Shown here piece after piece: positions 39,741 to 49,851 of a DNA stretch of 64,000 bases. The notes beneath the pieces were generated by a model. The model saw nothing but the letters and a program-made list of their open reading frames with translations, searched no databases and was not told the DNA's origin. The stretch's first letter is position 1, and each line of letters opens with the position of its first letter. The stretch lies in IMG/VR virus record IMGVR_UViG_3300046002_004363, positions 1-64,000 of that record. One strand, written 5' to 3'. The position numbers and the translations under genes are program-made. This DNA is from a virus.

Positions 39741-42182
39741 TTATCTAGGGTCAAAAGAACTTAAGTCAAACCCATTAAGACTATCTTCATTACTCTCGAA
39801 TGACACCGCAGGTAAATCTTTTTTACGTTGCTCTATCATCTTAGATTGCTGTGTAGCTTGTAATTTTGTTCTCTCGTCTTTTCTATCCTCCTTCATTTGT
39901 TCTTTGGTCTTCATACCATCAACCTCAATCCCCTTAAGTTGCATTTGGTATCCAAACTCTTTCTCCATAAGCATAAGCTTCATTTCAACTTCAGCCTTCA
40001 TCTTCTCTATCTCGGCAGCTACTCTTGCTTGCTCTACCATCGCTTTACTTTGACCTTCTAATTGAATTAACTGAGCCTTGCCTTCTGAAGCAGCTTGAGC
40101 AGATTGCATATTACCTTGAGTTTGAGCATTAATTTCTTGCATTTTTTGCTCTTGTCTCTCCTTCATTCTCTTCTCCTTCTTAATTGAAAGGTATTTAGAT
40201 GCTAAGGATAAATTCTTAATACCAAGAATAGCATACTTATCTTCTACACCAAGATTTCCTTGTTGAATTTCAAATGTAATATCCCCTTCTAATTTAGCTC
40301 TTTCTTCTTCGTCAGGTGTTAATTCGATGTTTATAGCAAAGTCGTGGATATACATATTCTTAATCTTATCCAACGCAGTAACATTGTTAGCTGATATTTT
40401 ATTTATCAAGTCTTGTTTGGTCTCAGAGAATTGTAATACGTCTGCAATACGAATTGTAATGCATTTAGCTAACTCTCTTGTAACAAACATACTGCCTGCT
40501 AATATGTGTCTTGTCGCTACATTTGAAGAATACGCTGCCATCTTTTGAATACCAACTAAACTATTCTTATCAGGATTACTTGCATCAATAGCTTGATTAA
40601 TTCCTGTTACAGATGCAATCATATCCATAGATATTTGAATTGAATCCCATAATGAACTAATCTTATCTTGACCTGATGAATGTCTAATCTCTTGAATAGG
40701 CACTTTAGCATTGTTAAATTCACCGCCTACATTAGAACTTCTACCGATAACAGAACCTGTTTGGAAGTACATATTCATAGCGTCTTCTACGGTGTATTTA
40801 TTTCCACCACCAAGATTAATACCTACTAGCCCATCAACATCAATGTATTGACCATCAGGAACAACTCTTTGTTTTATTTGTTGTAGCTTTAACCAAGACA
40901 TCTGAATGTCATCTGCAAATGGTATCATTCTGTTCACAGTTGAGTCTATATGTCCTTTATACATTTTAGGAGCAATACCAATGTAGTTAGGCTGTACTTT
41001 GTTTAAGTTTGATTTCTCCTTAACCATATTCTTACAAACCTCCCACTTTAATAAGATATTTGTTCCTAGTACTAAAATACCTTCGAACCACACCTCTTCA
41101 ATCTTAGTTAATTTCTCAAAGTCGGCATCACCTGTTCCTTTATATACAAAGTCATTATCTTTTGCGATAACTTTTAATCCACCCTTTGAATTCTTCTTCT
41201 TCTTCCAAACTTTCTCTCTTGAGGTTTTGTAATTAAAGTACAATAAGCCTAATTTACCATCTAATACATCTTGAGATTGACCATTAAGGTTCAATTCATA
41301 ATAGTTATTCCAAGATGAAGATATGCTTTGTAGTCTTTGTTTTTGCTCATCAGTTAGATTTGGAAATTCCTTATAAACTTCTGATAAATTTGTATTCTTG
41401 TATTCTCCGTAGTAGAAGCAATCTTGAAAGTAAGGGTCTTCTGTGTACGACCAAATTAAGTTTGCAGGGTCAACATATTCAATCTTAATTCCGTCTCCAG
41501 GAACGAATCTATGTTTTCCAAAACCAACACCAATCTCGATTATATCCTTCTCTATTTTTCTTCTTGTAATTTCGTTGTAGTTATTCTCTTTAAATACCGT
41601 TTCAACAGCTATCTCTACAGCTTGTTCAATTGGTGGCTTAAATTCAAACTCCATCTTAATATCTATCTCATCTTCACTTTCTGGTATTTGATCTAAAGGA
41701 ACAGAAGTTACTTCAATCCCAACATCATTCTTTATTTTTTGAGCTAACTCCTTCCCAATCATATCTGTCTTAAGATTCTCTCTCTTCTTTGATTTTTCTT
41801 CAACAGATGTAGGGTCTACTGCAATAGCATTAATAGAGAATTCTCTCTGAGCCATTCCATTAGCAATTATATCTACATACTTAGGGATAACTGGTATAAC
41901 CTTCCAATCTAAATTCAAATAAGACATATCTCCATTAACAGCGAAGTACTCCTTATATCTTGCAACACTCTGCAATCCATTAGCATACATTCTTCTCTTG
42001 TGAAATTCATCTCTTTGTTGATAATACTTACAGGTAGAGCTTTCTCTTTTAAACCATTCTGCTTGAATACTTTCGCCAACTTGTAATCCATAATCTTTTC
42101 CCTTTTGAACCTCAAATGGTACATTTTGATTTGGAAAACTTCTGTAAGGAATGGAAATACCTTCCGCTTTCTTCTTTATCAT
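39741..42182 (-). CDS. portal protein
   Basis: 813 aa after terminase; PVIPKYVDI, TGIN.A.D, Gln-rich C-terminus. Confidence 0.85.
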   Translation of the reverse strand: MIKKKAEGISIPYRSFPNQNVPFEVQKGKDYGLQVGESIQAEWFKRESSTCKYYQQRDEFHKRRMYANGLQSVARYKEYFAVNGDMSYLNLDWKVIPVIPKYVDIIANGMAQREFSINAIAVDPTSVEEKSKKRENLKTDMIGKELAQKIKNDVGIEVTSVPLDQIPESEDEIDIKMEFEFKPPIEQAVEIAVETVFKENNYNEITRRKIEKDIIEIGVGFGKHRFVPGDGIKIEYVDPANLIWSYTEDPYFQDCFYYGEYKNTNLSEVYKEFPNLTDEQKQRLQSISSSWNNYYELNLNGQSQDVLDGKLGLLYFNYKTSREKVWKKKKNSKGGLKVIAKDNDFVYKGTGDADFEKLTKIEEVWFEGILVLGTNILLKWEVCKNMVKEKSNLNKVQPNYIGIAPKMYKGHIDSTVNRMIPFADDIQMSWLKLQQIKQRVVPDGQYIDVDGLVGINLGGGNKYTVEDAMNMYFQTGSVIGRSSNVGGEFNNAKVPIQEIRHSSGQDKISSLWDSIQISMDMIASVTGINQAIDASNPDKNSLVGIQKMAAYSSNVATRHILAGSMFVTRELAKCITIRIADVLQFSETKQDLINKISANNVTALDKIKNMYIHDFAINIELTPDEEERAKLEGDITFEIQQGNLGVEDKYAILGIKNLSLASKYLSIKKEKRMKERQEQKMQEINAQTQGNMQSAQAASEGKAQLIQLEGQSKAMVEQARVAAEIEKMKAEVEMKLMLMEKEFGYQMQLKGIEVDGMKTKEQMKEDRKDERTKLQATQQSKMIEQRKKDLPAVSFESNEDSLNGFDLSSFDPR

Positions 42183-42190
42183 TTTTTACT

Positions 42191-44821
42191 TTATTTATTA
42201 TAAGTCTTAAAATTTATAACTATATCCTCAGTCACCTTCTGTGCTGGAGCATACATTTTTCTATTTACTGCCATTATAGCTAAACCAGAACTAATAGAGG
42301 CATCAAACTTTGTTCTATTATTAATATCAAACTTAATCCAATCCTTTAGTGTGTCATTAAACACTATATTCTGAGGCACTTCATCGTCATCTGCATTACT
42401 ACCAACGTATTTCTCTATGTAAGATTCAATAGCTGTTGCGTGCATTTGCTTAACATCTTCAGAGGAGTTAGGCATACCTCCTAATTCTTTCTCTGTTGGT
42501 GAAAGCCTATTTTCAGCCTTATCAAAACGAGTTATACTAAAACCTCTATACCCTCTATTCTTAAAGTGATATAATAAACGTGGCTTATTATTCTCTGCTA
42601 ATATAGGCATACCATAAAATACACACGCCATTAATACATCTTCAAAGAATATCTCTGCGGTTTTTGGTCTTGCTACATACTCTAAAAAGAACGTATGATT
42701 AGGTGCATTAGAAAAACTAAATCCCGTTAGTCCGTGTAAAGCTCCCTTTGAAGCTCTATTGGTATCTTCATCGTAAGAACCATCTTTTCTAACACCTTCT
42801 ACTGTTCCTGATATATCGTATGTATCACAACCGAAAGCCCCTATATCTCCATTTAATGGGTATTTTGAGTGTCCTCCTGGACCACTTTTTGTCTCAAATT
42901 TATTCCTCATCTCCTCTGGAGGTATCCAAGATAGCTTAAATCTTCCTTTCTCATTAGGGTGGAAATCAACTATTGTATCTTTAATACCATCTCTCCATTG
43001 GAAATTACCAACCGCAATTTTGCTATCAGCATCGTGGTCTTCATTTATCTTTATTTGGTCTATTATCTTTTCTATGTTAAAGGTAGATTGCAACAACTCA
43101 TCTCTAAATGCTTCATCTATAGTCATAGGGAATGCTCTTAATTCCTCATTATAAGAAATGTCGCTTTCCTTTCTCTTACTACTTCTCTTCGCCTCTAAGA
43201 ATTGAACACTACCAATAGTCTTCTTATCACCATACACATTGTAGTAAAAACTACCCTTCTCTATAACTTCGTGGCAAACACCATATTTATCTGTGAATTC
43301 CTCCATATTCTTATGAGCTGGAAGAAAGTACGAGTACAACCCTGATGGTGTTCTACCTGTAATCTTATTTCTCTTCTTAATACTTGATGACTTGTATAGT
43401 TTGAAGAATTCTTCTCCACCCTTATTCATCGCATTAACGGTTGAGCCTATAAATGCCTTCCCTACAATTTTACCACCTGTATCGAATGTTGGTGATACTT
43501 GACCCCAATGCTTCTCGAAGTTAGCAGGCTTTTCCCACTTAGATGCCTCATCTCCAAGATATCTAAACATCTTTTGACCATCATAAGCTGAATCCTTTGT
43601 TGGTAAGAAGTCTACTAACGTATTTAAGTAATCATCTGTATTTGTATCTCTATTCTTCTTAGATAACTTACTCTTGTCTTGCGGTCTTGCAAAATCTAAG
43701 GCTTTCTTTGAATCTTCAATACCCCTTACAATAGGTTTAAAGAAGAATGGTAAATTAAGGAATGCATAACTAAACTTAGAGAATGCCTTTGCAGCATCAT
43801 CATTAGTTTTTGATGTCATACCTATTCTTGCATTTGAAGTTGAGGTTGCATCATTAAGTAGTTGACATATAATTTGATAGGTATAACCTGTACGTCTTGA
43901 TTTTACAAATAACTCACCTAAACATCGAGGGTCTACAATACAAGCCTCTGTGAAATAAAACATATCTCTTTGGGCTGTCCTGAAGTCCATATATCCACCT
44001 GAATCTTCCATCTTTACCCATTGAAGTGCAAAGTAATGACTACCAGTTAGATACTGAGGTTTTCCATTATTCATAAACCAGATACCCTCTCTTCTTCTCC
44101 TAAATTCCTCTATAATGTATTCAGTGTATGCTTCTGCGTTTTCTTGAGATAAACCACTTGGCACATCTAATCTTCTCCAATATTGATCTTCCTTCTTCTT
44201 ATCCCAGAATAATATATCTTTTCTGTAAGGTACTTTTGGTAGAGTTATATTTAAACCACTAAGGTTTATTACCTCACCCCTTGTACCATTAGGGTCTAAT
44301 ATGATTGAATCATTTTCTTCATCATACCATTCTTTATAATAGTTCTTTCTTGGTAAAAACTCTCCACAAGCAAACTTCTCAGGATACCCTCTCTTAAACT
44401 CATTCTCCTTAAGATTAATTTTATCAGCATCTATTTGAAGTCTTAATTCAATAAGTGATGAATCAATTTCTACAATCGCTTGATGAATTGATGGTTTAAC
44501 TGAAATAGCTAAGTGGTGTTTTGAAGGATCTAAATCATCGTAGTCAATCTTTGAACGTAAAGCGTCTCTAAGGACTCCTAAGGCAATATCTCCAGCCTTA
44601 ACAAGTCTTACTACATATTTCTTAAATTTATCCTCAGAAGGAGCGTTTGTGCTGTTTTGCCATCTAAGTAGTAATTCCTTACCATACTTAAATGAATCAA
44701 CCTTAGCCTTTACAATAGTCTTTACCTTGTCAGGTTCAATTAAAGACATATCAGTGCTATACTCTAATCCTTCGATTACAGTTTCAACAGCTATCTCTAT
44801 ATCTTTACTTAATCCTATCAT
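42191..44821 (-). CDS. terL: terminase large subunit with N-terminal extension
   Basis: KSRRTGYT Walker A, DEASKW, GST, GCDTYD, ENNKP, FDASISSGLA. Confidence 0.9.
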   Translation of the reverse strand: MIGLSKDIEIAVETVIEGLEYSTDMSLIEPDKVKTIVKAKVDSFKYGKELLLRWQNSTNAPSEDKFKKYVVRLVKAGDIALGVLRDALRSKIDYDDLDPSKHHLAISVKPSIHQAIVEIDSSLIELRLQIDADKINLKENEFKRGYPEKFACGEFLPRKNYYKEWYDEENDSIILDPNGTRGEVINLSGLNITLPKVPYRKDILFWDKKKEDQYWRRLDVPSGLSQENAEAYTEYIIEEFRRRREGIWFMNNGKPQYLTGSHYFALQWVKMEDSGGYMDFRTAQRDMFYFTEACIVDPRCLGELFVKSRRTGYTYQIICQLLNDATSTSNARIGMTSKTNDDAAKAFSKFSYAFLNLPFFFKPIVRGIEDSKKALDFARPQDKSKLSKKNRDTNTDDYLNTLVDFLPTKDSAYDGQKMFRYLGDEASKWEKPANFEKHWGQVSPTFDTGGKIVGKAFIGSTVNAMNKGGEEFFKLYKSSSIKKRNKITGRTPSGLYSYFLPAHKNMEEFTDKYGVCHEVIEKGSFYYNVYGDKKTIGSVQFLEAKRSSKRKESDISYNEELRAFPMTIDEAFRDELLQSTFNIEKIIDQIKINEDHDADSKIAVGNFQWRDGIKDTIVDFHPNEKGRFKLSWIPPEEMRNKFETKSGPGGHSKYPLNGDIGAFGCDTYDISGTVEGVRKDGSYDEDTNRASKGALHGLTGFSFSNAPNHTFFLEYVARPKTAEIFFEDVLMACVFYGMPILAENNKPRLLYHFKNRGYRGFSITRFDKAENRLSPTEKELGGMPNSSEDVKQMHATAIESYIEKYVGSNADDDEVPQNIVFNDTLKDWIKFDINNRTKFDASISSGLAIMAVNRKMYAPAQKVTEDIVINFKTYNK

Positions 44822-45360
44822 AAATGCAATATAATTCTATTTTGATTAATCATATATAACTTCTCGTCAAATATCTTGAACTCGTATTCTGAATCTTTCT
44901 TAACGCCAATCAACGAACCTTCGTTTAGATTAGTCATATCTTTATTCTTATACTTTAAGATACATATTTGTTCATTCTCTTTATGTCCTTCATACTTATC
45001 ATTGATAGTTGTAGGCTCTATAAAACAAAATGGAGGTAATGCAATTTTATCATCACCCTTTATAACCATATAAGCTAATTCCTTCTCAACATAAAATAAG
45101 TCATCTTTAATATGATATTTACTCTCCAAAGGAAACCCTTGATTATTATATTGAATCCTAAATGTATTGTGATGTACAACTATTGTATCTCCAATTTCTA
45201 CATCCCCTTCATAACCAATAGGTGTTGATACTACTTCTGCTAATCTTTGTGTGAAGTTGTGGTCCTCAACAGATATATTTAAAATTAATCCATTAGATGA
45301 ATTATTAGAATACCTCTCTTTATTGAAAGGTCTAACTATAAAATAATGTGGACTTCTCAT
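44818..45360 (-). CDS. GroES-like fold protein (possibly tandem domains)
   Basis: FIVRP...AEVVSTP...VEIGDTIVVH and a similar second half. Confidence 0.5.
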   Translation of the reverse strand: MRSPHYFIVRPFNKERYSNNSSNGLILNISVEDHNFTQRLAEVVSTPIGYEGDVEIGDTIVVHHNTFRIQYNNQGFPLESKYHIKDDLFYVEKELAYMVIKGDDKIALPPFCFIEPTTINDKYEGHKENEQICILKYKNKDMTNLNEGSLIGVKKDSEYEFKIFDEKLYMINQNRIILHL

Positions 45361-45364
45361 AAGA

Positions 45365-45589
45365 CTATAATTGCGTATAGTATTCGATATGAATTACATT
45401 GCTTAAATTAAAAGACTTCCATATAGCTTTTACATCGCTATCTATTTCCTTTACATAGATGTCAAAGAACATATCTTCCTTTATTATATCTGAAACTACT
45501 CCAGAGCCACCAAATACATTACTGTTCACTTGGTAGTGCATAATATTGTTATTATCCATTTTAACGGATATCTTTCTTACTAAATTCAT
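45365..45589 (-). CDS. hypothetical protein
   Basis: ORF. Confidence 0.65.
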   Translation of the reverse strand: MNLVRKISVKMDNNNIMHYQVNSNVFGGSGVVSDIIKEDMFFDIYVKEIDSDVKAIWKSFNLSNVIHIEYYTQL

Positions 45590-45622
45590 ATTAAATTAAA
45601 TTAAAAATATATGCAAAGATAA

Positions 45623-46183
45623 TTAAAATATAGGGATACCGATTCCTAATGAAATATAAGGCTTTAACGTTTGTGTTTCATATCCAACACCTCCCTTTAA
45701 TAATATCTTATTCTTTATGTTCCAATCAATTCCTAAATTCAATTGATTGTTTGTATTGTACGATGCCGAAACAAAAGCCTTACTCCTATCTCTGTATTTT
45801 GTAATTGTGGTTTCTCTTATTGTATCGTTAACTTCTACCTCTGAACAGAAATCTAACAATTCCCCAGTTGTTGTGATATGGGCAATACCTTTAACTCTCT
45901 TGCCTTCTATCGGTTGGTTGTATACTTTTGCTGTAATTGACGTTGTGTCTGGTTTATCTAAATACACTAAAGACGTATCAGTTTTTCTTATATACACAGT
46001 CTTGTACTTAGTAACAATATTATTGTCTTTTACCCTTAAAGTATCTGTTATCTTTATTATTTTATCTTTGTATGTTATTGTTTCAGAGACACCTCTATAT
46101 TCACAGAAATGCAATACAGAAAAAGCCATTACAACCCCAATAGCTATAAATATAACTCGATTTAATATTTTAGAATAAATCAT
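45623..46183 (-). CDS. membrane-anchored protein, possible spanin
   Basis: N-terminal TM segment near the lysis genes. Confidence 0.45.
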   Translation of the reverse strand: MIYSKILNRVIFIAIGVVMAFSVLHFCEYRGVSETITYKDKIIKITDTLRVKDNNIVTKYKTVYIRKTDTSLVYLDKPDTTSITAKVYNQPIEGKRVKGIAHITTTGELLDFCSEVEVNDTIRETTITKYRDRSKAFVSASYNTNNQLNLGIDWNIKNKILLKGGVGYETQTLKPYISLGIGIPIF

Positions 46184-47378
46184 CGTTTAAAAAATTTGAT
46201 ATTGATTCAGATATTGTTCCATCACATAATTCTACTCCATTTGTAATTACGTCTGGATATAGAGTAACTTTTACATCTATAGGTCTTTCCCCAATAGTAG
46301 TGCTAAGAGAAGAAAAATTAAATGGAAACGTAATATAGTTACTAGTTAATGAAACATTTGTATTATATATATCTGTTCTTGTTTTCTTAATTTCAGCACC
46401 TGATTCAAACTCAATAAATACCGAAGCAACCTTAACATTGCTTGTTGTATTCTTGAATATAGGATCATTAAACTTTACTCTTATAGAGTTTATTGGACTT
46501 GTAACATCATATACATAGTTTTGACCGTCTGAAAAATAAGTGGTATTTGTTAATGAATCTCTAAGCTCAATATGATTTGCATACGGTCTATTGTAGTATT
46601 GCGAGTTAATTGTATATACACCATCGCTTGATTCAATAGATATGTTATCTCCATCTGCTAATTCTTGAATTTCAATAGTAGGTATGTCTGATAAATAAGC
46701 AATCGTACCAGATGCATTTTGGAATGTAGCTGTTCTTGCAGTTGTTAGACCTGCTGGTTTTTGAATTGAGAATTTATCGTTTGTAGAGTTATTGTTTCTT
46801 AATGTAATGTATCCACTTCCAGCTTCAAGTATATTATTTAGTTGACGGTTTTGAAATATGAAAGTGTCTTTATCTGTAAATATCTTACCGTAACTAGTAT
46901 TTGTTTCATCATACAAGAATAAAGAACCTATTTTTGCGTCTTCCTGAGATACATTTCCTTGATTCAATACGTTATCTAAATCTTGTAGATTTGCATTAAT
47001 TATAGATGTAATATCTATTTCTGTAAAATCACCTGATACAACTTGAGTTTCATCAACGCCATAAGTATCGTTATTTTTTCTAAATATAAATGTTCTTCCA
47101 TTTAAAATTAAGAATACAATCTCATAATGTAATACAATAATTGGAGTTTCTGAATTGTTGAAATAATCCTCAGGAGTTGTTTCCTCTGAATCATTATCTA
47201 CAATTGTAGTTATCTTTAGATTACCTCCAGTCTCTGGATCTAACCCACTTACTATGTATTGTCTTAATGCTGATACTTGATAATTCTTTGTTTGGTCAAA
47301 GTTATCGTTATCACTTCCAATTATAATATCGTTATCTGATATTAAGTTATCTATTGTGTATGTCTTTATTCTTGCCAT
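46170..47378 (-). CDS. putative fibre/structural protein
   Basis: MARI.TY..D...IGSD start; LQDLDNVLNQGN; SGTIAYLSDI. Confidence 0.55.
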   Translation of the reverse strand: MARIKTYTIDNLISDNDIIIGSDNDNFDQTKNYQVSALRQYIVSGLDPETGGNLKITTIVDNDSEETTPEDYFNNSETPIIVLHYEIVFLILNGRTFIFRKNNDTYGVDETQVVSGDFTEIDITSIINANLQDLDNVLNQGNVSQEDAKIGSLFLYDETNTSYGKIFTDKDTFIFQNRQLNNILEAGSGYITLRNNNSTNDKFSIQKPAGLTTARTATFQNASGTIAYLSDIPTIEIQELADGDNISIESSDGVYTINSQYYNRPYANHIELRDSLTNTTYFSDGQNYVYDVTSPINSIRVKFNDPIFKNTTSNVKVASVFIEFESGAEIKKTRTDIYNTNVSLTSNYITFPFNFSSLSTTIGERPIDVKVTLYPDVITNGVELCDGTISESISNFLNDDLF

Positions 47379-47385
47379 AGTTACT

Positions 47386-47850
47386 TTATTCTTTTATTTC
47401 AAAATGCATCCAATCGTAATTCTTCTCTCTACCTAACGATATAAATCCGTGTTTATAAAATATATCAATCATAGGTTTATATTCTGGTCTAGCAAATCTT
47501 GCTGTTTTTGACGTTTCTTTTAATTGGTTTCTACCAGGATCTAAATCAATCGAAATTCCCCAAGAATGAGTACTCCAGTCATCACCACCTCTCATCTTTC
47601 TAAAGTTAAAACAACCTCCAAATAAATCAATACCAAGATCAACTATTTTATTATAGCCATAAACTCTATGTATTTCATTAAATACAGCAAGGAATCTAGC
47701 GCCAACTAATTTATGGCATCTCATTTTAGTAACCTTTGTATCTGTATCCCAAGCTAATCGCATAGGGTACGGAAGATTAATAGTCATAAGATAACCTTCA
47801 CCAGTTACATTAGGTTTTCCGTATTTAGAAATTATCTCCTTTGTTGTCAT
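47386..47850 (-). CDS. endolysin, peptidase M15 family
   Basis: R...STHSWGISIDLD...DWMHFE. Confidence 0.85.
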   Translation of the reverse strand: MTTKEIISKYGKPNVTGEGYLMTINLPYPMRLAWDTDTKVTKMRCHKLVGARFLAVFNEIHRVYGYNKIVDLGIDLFGGCFNFRKMRGGDDWSTHSWGISIDLDPGRNQLKETSKTARFARPEYKPMIDIFYKHGFISLGREKNYDWMHFEIKE

Positions 47851-48004
47851 TCTTTTTATTCTTTAATAATTCTATGGTCTTCAATATGGTATAAATAATA
47901 GATACGCATAAAAGGAATATCTTTAATGTAGCTTCTACATTAGAAAAACTTACAGCCATAGCAAGCGAATTTAGTCCGTATATCTTCAAATCGTTAAGTG
48001 ACAT
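47825..48004 (-). CDS. holin-like protein (59 aa, not in ORF track)
   Basis: MSLNDLKIYGLNSLAMAVSFSNVEATLKIFLLCVSIIYTILKTIELLKNKK..., hydrophobic with basic tail, adjacent to the endolysin. Confidence 0.6.
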   Translation of the reverse strand: MSLNDLKIYGLNSLAMAVSFSNVEATLKIFLLCVSIIYTILKTIELLKNKKNDNKGDNF

Positions 48005-48200
48005 TATTGTTCTTTGCTTTAATTAAACGTTCTGCTATATTTGTAGCGCCTTCTACAGCTATATACATTGTAGCTACTATAGTCCAATTATCTGAATCAA
48101 CCTTACTAAAGAATAATGCAATTGAAGCAACAATAAATACTGTTAACTTTCTGCTTATCCATTTATTTAAGTAAAGGTCTATTTTTTCTTTTCTACTCAT
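47994..48200 (-). CDS. holin-like membrane protein
   Basis: two hydrophobic segments, SRKL motif. Confidence 0.55.
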   Translation of the reverse strand: MSRKEKIDLYLNKWISRKLTVFIVASIALFFSKVDSDNWTIVATMYIAVEGATNIAERLIKAKNNNVT

Positions 48201-48396
48201 CTATACAAGGCGTATATTCAATCCTTTCTAACTCATTTAATTGGTCGTGAATTGGCTGAAATGGTTCGTATGTAAGTGCGTCAAGACCTATAAACCATTT
48301 ATCTGCCCCATCTTTTATAAACTCTAACCTGCAAACACCATTTGTGTAACCATTTAAAGCATTGTATTGTTCTGTATTTGGATGTAAAACTATCAT
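48193..48396 (-). CDS. hypothetical protein
   Basis: ORF. Confidence 0.6.
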   Translation of the reverse strand: MIVLHPNTEQYNALNGYTNGVCRLEFIKDGADKWFIGLDALTYEPFQPIHDQLNELERIEYTPCIDE

Positions 48397-48397
48397 A

Positions 48398-49198
48398 TTA
48401 AACTAAATTTGTCATATAAGTATTAATTGCATTGTATAAATTTGTGTTCAAAGTTGCATCACCTCCAGAAGTGACTAAAGAAGCTCCCATTCCATAAACG
48501 GAAATTGTGTGAGTTCCGTAAGTTGTTAATGACCTAAAAACTAATTGAGGTGTTGTAGTTAATGCTGAACTATTACTAGTTCCACTTACACTTAAATTTG
48601 TATTTTGAAAGACTCTTATTTGATTACTTGCAGGTCTGTTAATTGATTTCAAACCCGTTCCTGATAAAGCACCAATAGCATTACTTGTTGTTCCATTGTT
48701 GATGTTTTGAGGTAAAACTGCATCAAAAGTAAATCTATTCGATAAACTACCGCTCACACCATCGATAGTTCCTGTACCAGCAGTGTGTACCCAAGCAAAT
48801 CTACTCGCATCACTTAGTTTATATTCTACCCCATTAGTTGAAGGAATAAAGTTTGTTGAAATAGAACCAGTGCTAGTATTAGTAAATCCATTATTTGTAG
48901 CAAAAGTTAATGGATTGTTTAATGTAGATTGATATAATGTGGGAGTTTTCCAATTCAATGAAGCAAACGCATTTGTAGCACCCGTCCCAGTCGCAAAAAC
49001 ATAAAACACATCAAGTTTATCCCAAATGCCTCCTGCTTTTAAATCTAAAACTAACTGATTTTGTACAATTTGTTGTGCAGATGAAGGTATTGGATATCCA
49101 AGACTAGTAGCTCTATCTAATACAGCTTTGTAAGATGTGTCGTATTTAATACCAGAAGACCTATTAGCTCCTATTGCATTTGCTATTGCTATAAACAT
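48398..49198 (-). CDS. putative head fibre/spike protein
   Basis: short hydrophobic MFIAIANAIG N-terminus after the spike-base gene; Ser/Thr/Gly-rich. Confidence 0.5.
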   Translation of the reverse strand: MFIAIANAIGANRSSGIKYDTSYKAVLDRATSLGYPIPSSAQQIVQNQLVLDLKAGGIWDKLDVFYVFATGTGATNAFASLNWKTPTLYQSTLNNPLTFATNNGFTNTSTGSISTNFIPSTNGVEYKLSDASRFAWVHTAGTGTIDGVSGSLSNRFTFDAVLPQNINNGTTSNAIGALSGTGLKSINRPASNQIRVFQNTNLSVSGTSNSSALTTTPQLVFRSLTTYGTHTISVYGMGASLVTSGGDATLNTNLYNAINTYMTNLV

Positions 49199-49199
49199 A

Positions 49200-49466
49200 T
49201 TACCAAAGAGCTATGATGTTAGATGCTGTTGTTCCTGTTGAATAAACCCTAACTACCTGCACTGGTAAGAAACTACCATCTTGGAAGTTTGTAAAAGTTA
49301 CTTCATCTCCTCCGACAGTCAATACTTTTAAATTACCTTTCGTACCAACGTAAAGCACACAGCCTCTATTCGGTGTTCCTGCTTCTGAAGATAATGATGG
49401 AATATTAGCTGTATTACTTGGTGTTACAGCAGCAGCTCTATTTGCTTGTAATTTTTGATATGACAT
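49200..49466 (-). CDS. head spike base protein (Rcc01079-like)
   Basis: AAAVTPS, LYVG..GNLKV, VTF, G.FLPVQVVRV..TGTTA..I.AL. Confidence 0.7.
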   Translation of the reverse strand: MSYQKLQANRAAAVTPSNTANIPSLSSEAGTPNRGCVLYVGTKGNLKVLTVGGDEVTFTNFQDGSFLPVQVVRVYSTGTTASNIIALW

Positions 49467-49492
49467 TTTATTTTATATTTTTAAGTTATTAT

Positions 49493-49765
49493 TTACCATT
49501 TTTCTTTGTCAGCCCAATATGCAGCAGACATTTTTCCTTTCGCTATATTCTTTCCGTGTCTTGCTTTAAATGAAGCTCTTTTCTTCTTCATCTTATCGCT
49601 TTCTCCTGCTTTAGGTTTTCCTGCTGTCTTAGCTCCTTGCTCTCCAAATCTAATTATCTTCTCTTTCCCTCCTTCGCAAGCCTTTACTATATGACTTTTC
49701 TTAGGGTGAGATGGTGTACGTTTTGCAACATTACATTTCATCTCAGACTTATTTACCTTTAGCAT
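49493..49765 (-). CDS. basic hypothetical phage protein
   Basis: IRFGEQG, R.SFKARH, SAAYWA. Confidence 0.65.
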   Translation of the reverse strand: MLKVNKSEMKCNVAKRTPSHPKKSHIVKACEGGKEKIIRFGEQGAKTAGKPKAGESDKMKKKRASFKARHGKNIAKGKMSAAYWADKEKW

Positions 49766-49851
49766 AGTTAATTATAATATTTTTAATAAATCTCTGCAAA
49801 GATACGAAATAAAAAAAGTGTATATTTGCAATATAAAAAATCAAATTTATT

